Shown: piece after piece, positions 50,375-60,366 of the stretch
Position numbering within the stretch: position 1 is the first letter of the stretch
Layout: the number at the start of each line of letters is the position of its first letter
From: Terriglobia bacterium
GTDB lineage: Bacteria > Acidobacteriota > Terriglobia > Acidiferrales > UBA7541
Length of the DNA stretch: 64,000 bases
Reading direction: 5' to 3'
NCBI GenBank assembly: GCA_963695545.1
Contig: OY968796.1
Coordinates: 3,680,001 to 3,744,000 of the forward strand
Notes under the pieces: generated by a model
What the model saw: only the letters and a program-made list of their open reading frames with translations
Told to the model about the DNA's origin: nothing
The model's database searches: none
Made by a program: the position numbers and the translations under genes

Positions 50375-51163
50375 GTGCCTGAAGACACTACGAACCTCCC
50401 CGTCGCGGCTTCGCAAACATGGAATCCCGAAACCTACGCGCGCAACGCGCGTTTCGTCGCCGAACTCGGCGCGCCCGTCGTGGATTTGTTGGCGCCTCGT
50501 CCCGGCGAACGCATTCTCGATCTCGGTTGCGGCGATGGCGCGCTGACGGCGAAGCTCGCCGCGCTCGGCTGCGATGTCGTCGGCGTGGATTCGAGCGCCG
50601 CGCAAATCGAAGCCGCTTGCAGACTCGGCCTGGATGCGCGTGAGATCTCGGCCGCCGCATTGCGCTTCGACGCCGAATTCGACGCCGTGTTCAGCAACGC
50701 CGTGCTTCACTGGATCAAAACTCCCGACGCCGTGATTGCCGGCGTTTGGCGCGCGCTGCGCACGCCCGGCCGTTTCGTCGGCGAAATGGGCGGCCACGGC
50801 AACGTCGCGACAATCAAAAAAGCGTTGCTCGACGCGCTCGCGCGCCGCGGCCTCGACGGCGAATCTGCCAACCCCTGGTATTACCCCACGGTCGAAGAAT
50901 ATTCCACGCGCCTCACGCGCGCCGGCTTTCGCGTGCGCACGATGCAAATGATCCCGCGCCCCACGCCGCTGCCCGGCGACATCGCCGCGTGGCTTGAAAC
51001 TTTCTCCGAAAGTTTCACCTCGCTCGTGCCGCTATCCGAACGCGCGGCCTTCATCGCCGAAGTCCAAGAAGCGCTGCGCTCGCAATTGTGCGACGCCGAA
51101 GGACGCTGGACCGCCGATTACGTCCGCCTGCGCTTCGCCGCCGATAAACTCGCTTTACCCTGA
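50375..51163 (+). CDS. class I SAM-dependent methyltransferase
   Basis: LDLGCGDG, FSNAVLHW and ADYVRLRF. Confidence 0.88.
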   Translation: MPEDTTNLPVAASQTWNPETYARNARFVAELGAPVVDLLAPRPGERILDLGCGDGALTAKLAALGCDVVGVDSSAAQIEAACRLGLDAREISAAALRFDAEFDAVFSNAVLHWIKTPDAVIAGVWRALRTPGRFVGEMGGHGNVATIKKALLDALARRGLDGESANPWYYPTVEEYSTRLTRAGFRVRTMQMIPRPTPLPGDIAAWLETFSESFTSLVPLSERAAFIAEVQEALRSQLCDAEGRWTADYVRLRFAADKLALP

Positions 51164-51167
51164 GCGC

Positions 51168-52574
51168 ATGCCGGCAGCCGCTCCATCCGCAATCGTCATC
51201 GGCGCCGGAATCTCCGGACTAACGTGCGCGTACCGCCTGCGCCGCGGCGGCGTTTCTGTCTTGCTCCTCGAAGCGTCATCGCGCTCCGGCGGCATTATCC
51301 GCAGCGTGCATCAAGACGATGGTTTTCTCTTCGAGCTCGGGCCACAAAGTTTTCTTGTCGACGCGCCGCTCCTGGCGCTGATCGAAGAATTGGGACTCGG
51401 CGAGAATCTTTTGCGCGCGAATCCGCGCGCGCCGCGCTATGTTCTGCATCGCGGACGCCTTCGCGCCGTCCCGCTCGGCCCCGCCGCCCTGATCGGCACG
51501 CGTCTCTTGAGCGCGCGCACGAAACTGCGTATCGTCGCCGAATTTTTCCACCGCACACGTCCGCCCGACGAAGATGAATCCGTAGCCACTTTCGTTCGCC
51601 GCAAATTCGGCGACGAAATTCTCGAACGCATCGTGGCCCCGATGGTTTCCGGCATCTTCGCGGGCGACCCCGAATCTCTCAGCGTTTCCGCCGCCTTCCC
51701 TTCGCTGCGCTGCTACGAACTTGAACACGGCAGCGTCGTGCGTGGCGCGCTCAAATCGCGTCCGGCCAAAGGCGAGACGCGCCCCAGCCTCTGCTCTTTC
51801 TCCGATGGCATGGAGACGCTGCCCGCCGCGCTAGCCGAATCTCTGGGCGACGCGCTCTGGTGCGACACCCAAGTGCAATCCGTTCGCGCAGCCGCGACCG
51901 AAGCTTCTGCCCGGCCCCGAAGCGCGCGATTCCAAATCGACATCCTGCGCCGCGGCACGCCAGAAATATTGGCAGCCGACGCCGTGATCGTCGCCGCGCC
52001 ATGCGACGCGTCGGCCAACATCCTCTCAACGCTCTCCGGACCTCTCGCCGAAACGCTTCGCCAAGTCGAATATGCGCCAGTTGCAGTCGTCTGCGCAGGT
52101 TACGCGCGCGCCTCCGTCGGAAATTCGCTCGATGGGTTCGGCTTCCTCGTCCCGCGCAGCGAAGGTTTGCATCTTCTCGGAAACGTCTGGAATTCCTCGC
52201 TCTTCCCCGATCGCGCGCCCCTCGGCCACGTCAGTCTGGCGAGCTTCGCCGGCGGCGCAACCGATCCCGAATTCTGCGCGCTGCCGGAATCGGAAATCGC
52301 CGCGCAGATTACCAAGGAGCTCGCGCAAATTTTGCGCATCACCGCTCCGCCCGCCGCGCTCAGTGTGCAAAAATATGCCCGCGCACTGCCGCAATATAAT
52401 CTGGGCCACGCTCGCATCGTCGAATCTCTCTCAAAGCTCACGGCCGCCACGCCCGGCCTCTTCCTGTCCGGAAATTATCTCTCCGGTCCATCCGTCGGCG
52501 CCTGCATCGCTCAGGCCGCGCAAACCTGCGAATCCGTACTGGCTAGCCTGTCACTTAATCGGGATTCGACCTGA
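51168..52574 (+). CDS. hemY: HemY-type (proto/copro)porphyrinogen oxidase
   Basis: IGAGISGL, ELGPQSF, GIFAGD, GFGFLVP and LPQYNLGH. Confidence 0.9.
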   Translation: MPAAAPSAIVIGAGISGLTCAYRLRRGGVSVLLLEASSRSGGIIRSVHQDDGFLFELGPQSFLVDAPLLALIEELGLGENLLRANPRAPRYVLHRGRLRAVPLGPAALIGTRLLSARTKLRIVAEFFHRTRPPDEDESVATFVRRKFGDEILERIVAPMVSGIFAGDPESLSVSAAFPSLRCYELEHGSVVRGALKSRPAKGETRPSLCSFSDGMETLPAALAESLGDALWCDTQVQSVRAAATEASARPRSARFQIDILRRGTPEILAADAVIVAAPCDASANILSTLSGPLAETLRQVEYAPVAVVCAGYARASVGNSLDGFGFLVPRSEGLHLLGNVWNSSLFPDRAPLGHVSLASFAGGATDPEFCALPESEIAAQITKELAQILRITAPPAALSVQKYARALPQYNLGHARIVESLSKLTAATPGLFLSGNYLSGPSVGACIAQAAQTCESVLASLSLNRDST

Positions 52575-52658
52575 TTCGCCGAGCCTCCAAGCTCGCGGGC
52601 GCCGCGCAGCCAAGCCCGCGCGCGTCCGACCTTACTCTCGCGTCCGACGAGCCGTAGG

Positions 52659-52823
52659 TGCTCTTGACAGAAATCTCCGATCCCACTATATGAGAGCTCG
52701 TGCCACGGGCTAGGACGATCCTTTCCTGGCCAGTTTCCCGTGCAATTTCGATATTGTGGCGCCCAAAATGAAAAATGTTCTTGACAACAATCCAGAATCT
52801 CAATATATGAGAGCGCGTGCCAC
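52659..52823 (+). promoter_or_regulatory. tandemly duplicated promoter and start region of iclR
   Basis: TTGACA-N17-TATATG-AGAGCnC-GTGCCAC occurs twice, 117 bp apart (-35 boxes at 52664 and 52781). Confidence 0.75.
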
Positions 52824-53641
52824 ATCGTAAGACACGTTCGTCGCCCTATCGCGCCCAGGTTTTGGACCGCGCGGTCTCCATCCTGAACGCCATCGCTGCG
52901 CGCCAGGACGACCTCAGCGTGGCCGATCTCTGCAGCCAGTTGAAGCTACACAAGAGCACCGTCCATCGCCTGATCATGGTCCTCGAGGGCCATCGCCTGG
53001 TCACCCGAAATCCGGAAAATGGCCGCTATCGCCTGGGCCTGAAACTTTTCGAGCTAGGCTCGAAAGCCATCGGCTCTCTCGATTTGCGCGAGCGATCGCG
53101 CCCTCATCTCACGCGCTTGCTGCAAGAAACGCGCGAAACGGTTCACCTTTGCATTCTCGATCTGGGCGATGTCGTGTACCTCGAAAAAATGGAGCCCGAA
53201 CGAAGCATGCGCACCGCCTCGCGCGTGGGCGTGCGCCACGCGGCCTACTGCACGGCCGTCGGAAAAGCCATGATGGCCGAACTGCCTGAACGGGAGCTCG
53301 ATGCCCTTCTCGATCAGATCGAGTTAAAGCCCATCACTTCGCGTACCATCACCTCGCCGAATGTGTTTCGCGCCGAGCTCAAGCGCATTCGCTCTCGCGG
53401 CTATGCGCTGGACGACGAAGAGATCGAGGAAGGTTTGCGCTGCGTGGGCGCGGCGGTTCGCGACCACTCGGGCCGCGCGATCGCGGCAGTCAGCATGTCA
53501 GGACCTTCTTTCCGCATGACCGACGCTCAGATCCCGAAGCTTGCGGAGAGCGTCTGCCGCGCGGCGATGGCGCTGTCCATCGAATTGGGGTTTGTCGCGC
53601 AACGCGCAGAAGTCGAAGCAGTCGGCCGCGCCGGAGCTTAG
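52817..53641 (+). CDS. IclR-family transcriptional regulator
   Basis: HTH LHKSTVHRL, ETVHL, TAVGKA and RGYALDDEE. Confidence 0.93.
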   Translation: MPHRKTRSSPYRAQVLDRAVSILNAIAARQDDLSVADLCSQLKLHKSTVHRLIMVLEGHRLVTRNPENGRYRLGLKLFELGSKAIGSLDLRERSRPHLTRLLQETRETVHLCILDLGDVVYLEKMEPERSMRTASRVGVRHAAYCTAVGKAMMAELPERELDALLDQIELKPITSRTITSPNVFRAELKRIRSRGYALDDEEIEEGLRCVGAAVRDHSGRAIAAVSMSGPSFRMTDAQIPKLAESVCRAAMALSIELGFVAQRAEVEAVGRAGA

Positions 53642-53799
53642 CAGTCGGGCGGGCAACCGCCTGGCCCGCGCGGCCGGTTCTTGTTCGATGCGGAGGCAAA
53701 GGCCATGGGGACCTTTTCTCCGGTTAGAGGCTGTAGAACGATTCGGGTTCCGGGGCCTGGAAGCAAAATTTACGGGGTGTGAAATGAGGAGGCGAGTCC

Positions 53800-56700
53800 A
53801 TGTCTGACCTAGAAGCAAGCGTCCGTTCGCCCAGAAGCAGGGGAATGTGGGTCCTCTGCACGCTGGCGCTCGTTGTCGTTTTCGTTTTGTCGTTGGCCAC
53901 GCCCAGCGTCGCTCAAATCACCACCGCAACCGTCGTCGGCACGGTTACCGATAACACTGGCGCGGTGGTGGGCAACGCGCAGGTGACGATCACCAATCCC
54001 GACACGGATTTCACCCGGGCCACTCCAACAAATAGTTCGGGACAATACCGCTTCGAATTGCTCCCGATCGGAAATTACGTTCTCGACGTAACCGCGTCCG
54101 GCTTTAAGAAATTTGTCCAGCAAGGAATCGTCCTCACGGTGAATCAAGTCGCCACCGTGGACGTTACTCTCGCGATCGGCAGCATCAGCGAAACCGTGAA
54201 CGTGACCGGCGCCGCTCCCACCGTGAATACCTCCAACGCCGAAATCGGCACCACCGTGAACAACGGGGAGGTCGAAAACCTCCCGATCGTCAACCGCAAT
54301 GTCTATACGCTGCTCGCGCTTACTCCCGGTGTTCAATCCTCCGCCTTCACGGACACCGCCGTCGGCTTCCAGCAACAAGTGACCATGATCAATGGCGGCA
54401 CCGATGGCGGCGCCGGCTCCGTCGGCTATTACCTTGACGGCGGCTTGAACCAAACCGGAATTCGCAATACCGGCAATGCTCTACCTAGCCCGGACGCCAT
54501 TCAGGAGTTTCGCGTTGAGACCAACAACTACAACGCCGAGTATGGGCGCTCCGCGGCCGGCATCATCAATGTGGTCACCAAGTCCGGCACCAACGATTTG
54601 CACGGTTCGCTGTTCGAGTTCGTTCGCAACACCGATCTCAACGCCAACAATGCCTTCAACACGTCGACCACTCCCATCTACCACCGCAATCAGTTCGGCG
54701 GCACGGTGGGTGGCCCCATTCGCAAGAACAAGATATTTTTCTTCGGTTCTTACGACGGCTTGCGCCAGATCACTCCGAATTTCCATTCCGGCCAGGTTGT
54801 CCCCACGGCCGCTGAGCGCGAAGGGAATTTCTGCGCGGACGCGGCGATCAAAGATCCAATCGTGGGCGGACCGGTGTTCTCCCAGAGCGGCATGGTTAAC
54901 GGAACGTTGGTAACGTGCCCGACCGGATCGACCGGCGACATCATCCCCAGTTCCGTCTGGGACGCGTCAGGCGCCAACCTTATGCAGAATTACTTTCCGG
55001 TGGCCAACGTTGCCAACGCCACCACCGGCGTCCTAAACGAGTGGACCGGTGATCAAGCCTCAAGCCCGTACAACTTCGACGACTATTTGGGCAAATTCAA
55101 TATCGCGCTGACCAACAACCAGCAGCTCACCGCCAGCTACTTCTTCAACCAAGGAACCAACACGGTGTCCGAGGGCAGCGTGCCCTACGCCTATCTCGAA
55201 TATACGTGGCGCCAGCAAAATCTCAATTTGAGCCACACCTGGACGCTTACACCCGACTCCGTCAACCAGGCCTGGATCAGTTACACGCGAAACTTCGGCG
55301 GCCGCGTCCCCGTGCCCGAGATTTCCCTCTCTCAACTGGGAACCTCGGCCAGTCCGAACAAATACATTGGTCAAGGCACCGCCGACCTCCCGCAGATTGC
55401 CGTCAGCGGATACACCACGCTCACCGACGCGATCTCCGGGCCCGCCACCGGCTCTAACATTTTCACTTTCCGCGACGTCTACAATTGGACCAAGGGCAAA
55501 AACGGATTCGAGTTCGGCGGAGAGATCTCCCACGATATCGATAAGCAGCAGACCAACCTCGATAACTACGGCGTCTTCACCTTCGCCGGCAAGTATTCCG
55601 GCAACAACCTCGCCGACCTCCTGCTCGGCATCCAAAGCTCGCAGGAGCAGGACCAGCCGGTCACGCCCTATACCGACAGCATCTACTACGCGCTGTTCGT
55701 GCAGGATAACCTGCGCGTCACCTCGCGCCTCACTCTCAATCTCGGCGTGCGCTGGGACGTTCAGACCCCGCCCACTAGCTCCAACAGTCTGGCTTCGTCC
55801 TTCGTCGCCGGTCAACAGTCCAAGGTCTATCCGACGGCGCCTCTCGGTATGCTCTTTCCCGGTGACGCCGGCGTCTCCGGCACCGGAATCGTTGACACGC
55901 GTTATCACCACATCGCCCCGCGCATCGGTATCGCGTGGGATCCGACCGGAAAAGGAAAGACCTCGATTCGGGCGGGAGCCGGCGTGTTTTACGGCAACGT
56001 TTCCGGCAACGAATGGAACACCACCTCGAACTACGAGCCGTTCGCCATACGTCTAACGTCCTGGCCGAACATTTTCTCCACTGGCAAGGCCACCGGCACG
56101 TACGCCACTTTGACCAACCCGTATGGCGGATACACATGCGGAGGCGTTGCCGCGTCTCCGTTCCCGTATCCGAATTCGAGTTGCGGTGCGTTCGTCGGCG
56201 GCGGCTCGATTTACGGAATATCGCCGCATTTCCAGTGGCCCTATACGTATCAGTTCAACCTGTCGATCCAGCATCAATTCGGCGGAAGCAACGGCCCAAC
56301 ATTCAGTTTCGCCTACGTCGGAACGCTGGCCCACGATCTGCCCTTCGCCACGGACTTGAACGCGCCGACCGTCTTTTGCGGTGCAGTAACGTCCGCCAAC
56401 TTCAGCACCTGCCGTTCGGATGTCAACGACCGTCGTCCGATCGACAACTCGGTTCTCTACCCCACCACAGGTTTCACAGCCAGCGCCTTCGGGCAAGTGT
56501 TCGATTTGCAGTCCAATCAAACCGCTTCGTATAACTCTCTTCAGATCACCTGGGTCGAGCGGCTGCAAACCCATCTCACGCTCAACGGCTTCTTCACTTA
56601 CAGCAAGAATCTCGAGAGCGTCGAGCTCGAGAACAACACCGCGAATCCCACGGGCACTGGCCAGGTTCCGCAAGACTACCTCTACCTGAACGAGGAACGC

Positions 56701-57309
56701 GGCCGCACCGACGACGACATTCACAGCATCTTCGTGACTTCGTTCGTTTGGAACTCCAGCTATTACCAGGGCCCGAACCGTTTTGTTCGCGCCATGGCCA
56801 ACGGCTGGCAAGTTTCGCCGGTGTTCACACTGGAGAGCGGCACGCCGTTCACGGTCACGACCGGCAGCGACAACAACGCAGACAGCAGCTCCGCAAACGA
56901 TCGCCCGGATTTCGTCCCCGGCCAAGTGGCTGCTATCTCAAACGGCAATCTCACGCAACAGCTCCACGGGTATTTCAATACCGGCGCGTTTTGCTACAAC
57001 AACGGGCAGACCGGCACATACGCCTGCCCCGCCGGCGTCACCGGCGTCGGACCGAACGGCCAGGATGGCGATGTCCCTCGCGACATCCTCAGCGGCCCGA
57101 CCTTCTTCGACGTGGACATGGCCATTTTCCGTGATTTCAAAATCCACGAAGATTGGACTCTGCAAGCTCGCGCGGAAGCCCAGAACGCCTTCAACCTGCT
57201 CAACCTAGCCGCGCCTAGCGCCGGCATGACTTCGTCCACCTATGGCCAAATCACCGGCTCCGCCGGCGTCAACCGCGAAATTCAGCTCGGTCTCCGGCTG
57301 ACTTTCTAA
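53800..57309 (+). CDS. Oar-like TonB-dependent receptor (N-terminal carboxypeptidase-regulatory-like domain)
   Basis: Signal peptide, GTVTD.TGAVV, KSGTN..HG, LTLNLGVRWD and C-terminal QLGLRLTF. Confidence 0.92.
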   Translation: MSDLEASVRSPRSRGMWVLCTLALVVVFVLSLATPSVAQITTATVVGTVTDNTGAVVGNAQVTITNPDTDFTRATPTNSSGQYRFELLPIGNYVLDVTASGFKKFVQQGIVLTVNQVATVDVTLAIGSISETVNVTGAAPTVNTSNAEIGTTVNNGEVENLPIVNRNVYTLLALTPGVQSSAFTDTAVGFQQQVTMINGGTDGGAGSVGYYLDGGLNQTGIRNTGNALPSPDAIQEFRVETNNYNAEYGRSAAGIINVVTKSGTNDLHGSLFEFVRNTDLNANNAFNTSTTPIYHRNQFGGTVGGPIRKNKIFFFGSYDGLRQITPNFHSGQVVPTAAEREGNFCADAAIKDPIVGGPVFSQSGMVNGTLVTCPTGSTGDIIPSSVWDASGANLMQNYFPVANVANATTGVLNEWTGDQASSPYNFDDYLGKFNIALTNNQQLTASYFFNQGTNTVSEGSVPYAYLEYTWRQQNLNLSHTWTLTPDSVNQAWISYTRNFGGRVPVPEISLSQLGTSASPNKYIGQGTADLPQIAVSGYTTLTDAISGPATGSNIFTFRDVYNWTKGKNGFEFGGEISHDIDKQQTNLDNYGVFTFAGKYSGNNLADLLLGIQSSQEQDQPVTPYTDSIYYALFVQDNLRVTSRLTLNLGVRWDVQTPPTSSNSLASSFVAGQQSKVYPTAPLGMLFPGDAGVSGTGIVDTRYHHIAPRIGIAWDPTGKGKTSIRAGAGVFYGNVSGNEWNTTSNYEPFAIRLTSWPNIFSTGKATGTYATLTNPYGGYTCGGVAASPFPYPNSSCGAFVGGGSIYGISPHFQWPYTYQFNLSIQHQFGGSNGPTFSFAYVGTLAHDLPFATDLNAPTVFCGAVTSANFSTCRSDVNDRRPIDNSVLYPTTGFTASAFGQVFDLQSNQTASYNSLQITWVERLQTHLTLNGFFTYSKNLESVELENNTANPTGTGQVPQDYLYLNEERGRTDDDIHSIFVTSFVWNSSYYQGPNRFVRAMANGWQVSPVFTLESGTPFTVTTGSDNNADSSSANDRPDFVPGQVAAISNGNLTQQLHGYFNTGAFCYNNGQTGTYACPAGVTGVGPNGQDGDVPRDILSGPTFFDVDMAIFRDFKIHEDWTLQARAEAQNAFNLLNLAAPSAGMTSSTYGQITGSAGVNREIQLGLRLTF

Positions 57310-57360
57310 CCCAACACCGTCGCGGCGGCCCGCAATCTTTCGCGCACCGCCGCCAGGCCC

Positions 57361-57399
57361 GAGATGCCTCGCAGACTCTTGCGAGGCATCTCTTTTTTT
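57361..57399 (+). terminator. intrinsic terminator
   Basis: GAGATGCCTCGCA-gactct-TGCGAGGCATCTC-TTTTTTT. Confidence 0.85.
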
Positions 57400-57527
57400 C
57401 GGCGATCTGTCGCGGCCGATCCGCTTCGACAACTCCCCCCTTAGTCCGCCCATCCATGACACGAATATTCCATGAGCGTACCAATCCCGGTTAAGATGCA
57501 CACTTGCGCACCTGCCTCCGGCGCGCA

Positions 57528-57554
57528 TCATCCAAATTCCCCCGCTCAGCCGTA
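57528..57554 (+). promoter_or_regulatory. putative ECF (SigK-like) autoregulatory promoter
   Basis: TCATCC-N16-CCGTA just upstream of the sigma gene. Confidence 0.45.
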
Positions 57555-57585
57555 CTCATCTTAAGAGCGGAGAAAGCTCGGCCGA

Positions 57586-58176
57586 GTGTTTCTGGCGGTG
57601 ATCCAAGGTTCGGCGGGTCCGCGTGATCCGGCCGATGGAGAGCTGATGGAGCGCCTTACCGCGCGCGATCCTACGGCGCTTGAATCCCTGTACGATCGCT
57701 ACAGCCGCATGGTCTATTCCCTTGCGCTGCGCATCGCGGAGCAACCGGCCGTGGCCGAGGAGATCGTGCAGGATGTCTTCCTGAAGCTCTGGCACAGCGC
57801 TGATCGTTATCGCGCCGAGCGCGGCCCGCTCGGCCCGTGGCTCTGCACCCTCGCGCGCAATCGCGCCCTCGATCATCTGCGCCTGAAGCGCGAGAAGCAG
57901 CGCCGCCGCGAAGATTCGCTCGACGGCGATTTCACCATGCACACGTCCGCTCCGAATCCGGAAACGCTCGCGCAGCAAAGCCAGCAAGCCGTGCGCGTGC
58001 GCGAATCGCTCAGCGAATTGCCCGCCGCGCAGCAGCGCGCCATCGAGCTCGCCTATTTCGAGGGCATGACGCACAGCGAAATCGCCGCTGCGCTCGCCGA
58101 ACCTTTAGGCACGGTAAAAAGCTGGATTCGCAGCGGCCTGTTGCGCATGCGCGAAACTCTGGTGAAGCAGGAATGA
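57586..58176 (+). CDS. ECF sigma factor (SigK-like)
   Basis: AEEIVQDVFLKLW, RNRALD and LAYFEGMTHSEIA..L..PLGTVKSWIR. Confidence 0.92.
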   Translation: MFLAVIQGSAGPRDPADGELMERLTARDPTALESLYDRYSRMVYSLALRIAEQPAVAEEIVQDVFLKLWHSADRYRAERGPLGPWLCTLARNRALDHLRLKREKQRRREDSLDGDFTMHTSAPNPETLAQQSQQAVRVRESLSELPAAQQRAIELAYFEGMTHSEIAAALAEPLGTVKSWIRSGLLRMRETLVKQE

Positions 58177-58238
58177 ACACCGGCGCGCAAGCTACGCAGG
58201 ACGATTAAAATAGAGATTTTCGAGCACAAGGAACAAAC

Positions 58239-59075
58239 GTGGATGATTGCCGACAACTGAGCGAGTTCTACGAGGCCTACGCTCTCGGCGCGCTCGAAGG
58301 CCCGGAACGCGACGAGATCGAGCGCCACCTCGCGCGCCACTGCCCCGCGTGCACCGCCGGCGTCGACGAGGCCAAATGGCTCGTCGCGCAGCTCGCCTAT
58401 CTCGCGCCCGAAGCCCAGCCCCCCGCCGCTCTGCGCGCCCGCATCGTCGCCGCGGCCACAAGCTCGGCGAAGGCAGGCGCAACGAGCGTGCCAGCCGCAC
58501 GCGCCGCGGGCGTCACGTCCATCGCCGCGCGCCTCGATCGACGTCAGCCTAGCGCGATTCCCGCCTGGGCCTGGGCCATCGCCGCCGCGCTGCTGCTCGC
58601 CACAGTGTACTCAGTGCACCAGACGCGCCAACTCGATCGCCAACTCGCCGCCGTGCAGCACGACCTGCGCGAAGGCCAAGCCCAGCGCGCGGCCATCGAA
58701 TCAGAGCGCGAGCATTACGAAATGGCCATGGAAATCCTGTCCGCGCAGGACATGAAGTCGCTGGAGCTGATGCCCAAGAAAGCAGCGATGCCGCCCGTGC
58801 AAGCCTACTGGAGCCCGAAGATGGGCCTCCTCGTAATGTCCGCGAACATGCCGCAGATGGCCAGCAACATGACTTTACAATTGTGGATGGTGCCGAAGAA
58901 GGGCCAGCCGATGAGTGTCGGTATTTTCCGGCCCGATGGCGCGGGCCACGTGATGCTGGTTGCTGCGCCGGGTGCGCCAATCGCCGAAATCGCCGCGCTG
59001 GCGATCAGTGAAGAGCCCGCCGGCGGCAGCGTGCAACCCACGTCGGCACCAGTGTGGGTCGGTCCGCTTACCTGA
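58239..59075 (+). CDS. RskA-like anti-sigma factor
   Basis: YALGAL, HLARHCPAC zinc motif, TM helix, QLW and AISEEPAGGS.QPT. Confidence 0.9.
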   Translation: MDDCRQLSEFYEAYALGALEGPERDEIERHLARHCPACTAGVDEAKWLVAQLAYLAPEAQPPAALRARIVAAATSSAKAGATSVPAARAAGVTSIAARLDRRQPSAIPAWAWAIAAALLLATVYSVHQTRQLDRQLAAVQHDLREGQAQRAAIESEREHYEMAMEILSAQDMKSLELMPKKAAMPPVQAYWSPKMGLLVMSANMPQMASNMTLQLWMVPKKGQPMSVGIFRPDGAGHVMLVAAPGAPIAEIAALAISEEPAGGSVQPTSAPVWVGPLT

Positions 59076-59104
59076 ACTTGCGGCAAATCAACACGCGCAA
59101 AAAT

Positions 59105-59764
59105 CTAAACTTCCGCCTTGCGTTGCGCCATGCGCAGCGAGCGCCGCTTGAGCGCGCCCTTCGAGCGCCGCCGATCGTCCGCAGTCTCCAAAATCAGCGG
59201 CGGCGCCACGCGCGGATGCCCTTCCGAATCCACGGCCACGAAGGTCAAATACGCGCTCGTCGTATGCTTGCGCTCGCCCGTCAGCGCGCTTTCGGAGAAC
59301 ACCTTCACCCCCACTTCCATCGAAGTATGAAACACGCGATTCACGCTCGATTGCAGCACGATCAACTCGCCTACTCGAATCGGATTCCGGAAATCCACGT
59401 GATCGAGCGAAGCCGTCACCACATGGCTCCGCGCGTGCCGATGCGCCGCAATGGCGCCCGCGATATCCACTAGATGCATCACCCGCCCGCCAAGCATGTT
59501 CCCCAGAACATTCGCGTCCTGCGGCAGCACTACTTCCACCATCTCCGTGCGCGAAAGGCTCACCGGCCGCCCCGTCATGCCCGAGCCATTGGCGCCATTC
59601 TTCACGCCGTTTTTCAATCCGTTCTTCACTCCGGCGTGCGCCCCGCCGTGTGCTCCGTTTTCAGCCGCGCCGCCGGCCGCCGCCTTCCCCGCAGTCTTCG
59701 GCGCCACGTACCGCGCCCGCAGCGGAGACGAAGATACCTTCGCATGTCGATTTGGCGAAGCCAT
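59105..59764 (-). CDS. hotdog-fold acyl-CoA thioesterase
   Basis: PQDANVLGNMLGG, VVTAS, TSMEVGV and AYLTFVAVD. Confidence 0.9.
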   Translation of the reverse strand: MASPNRHAKVSSSPLRARYVAPKTAGKAAAGGAAENGAHGGAHAGVKNGLKNGVKNGANGSGMTGRPVSLSRTEMVEVVLPQDANVLGNMLGGRVMHLVDIAGAIAAHRHARSHVVTASLDHVDFRNPIRVGELIVLQSSVNRVFHTSMEVGVKVFSESALTGERKHTTSAYLTFVAVDSEGHPRVAPPLILETADDRRRSKGALKRRSLRMAQRKAEV

Positions 59765-59877
59765 CGATGGATTTCCCTTCTCTTCAAAAACTATGTATGG
59801 ACCCGTGTTTCGGAACGAACTTCCCTGCGAGCTTCCGCGCGGACCCGCTGAACCGCTATAATACCCCCTTTCGCGCC

Positions 59878-60204
59878 ATGACCCAAGCCCCCAAGAAAAC
59901 CCGCCGCCAGATGCTTGAGGAGTTCGTCGCCGCCCACCCCCAGGACGCCTTCGCGCGCTACGGTTTGGCCGTAGAATGCGCCAATTCCGGCGATTCCGAG
60001 GCCGCGGGCAGCCATTTCGAGCGTCTGATCCAAGCCCACCCGGATTACGTCGCTGGCTACTTCCAATATGGCCAGCTCCTGGGCCGCATCGGCAACACCG
60101 ACAAAGCCAAAGCCACGCTTTCCGCCGGCATCGACGCCGCTCGCCGCTCCGGCGACGAGCACGCTCGTAGCGAGATGGAGTCCGCCCTCGCCGGCCTCGC
60201 GTGA
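59878..60204 (+). CDS. small TPR protein
   Basis: PQDAFARYGLA, PDYVAGYFQYGQ and GD.HA..EM. Confidence 0.8.
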   Translation: MTQAPKKTRRQMLEEFVAAHPQDAFARYGLAVECANSGDSEAAGSHFERLIQAHPDYVAGYFQYGQLLGRIGNTDKAKATLSAGIDAARRSGDEHARSEMESALAGLA

Positions 60205-60366
60205 CGTTCCTGCCCCGCGCCTCATCTAACCTATAGTCGCATCGCAAACGCTCGCCTCCGCAGTCGCAACACCAGATGCGACCCAAAACGCCGCCGCGCG
60301 CGATCTCACGCGGCGCGTATAATAGATACGAACCGCTCGCGGCCAGGGCCAATCACCGGGGACACT

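Noticed and set aside
53642..53799. Riboswitch upstream of the TonB receptor
   Set aside because: No cobalamin, TPP or c-di-GMP consensus motifs are recognisable.
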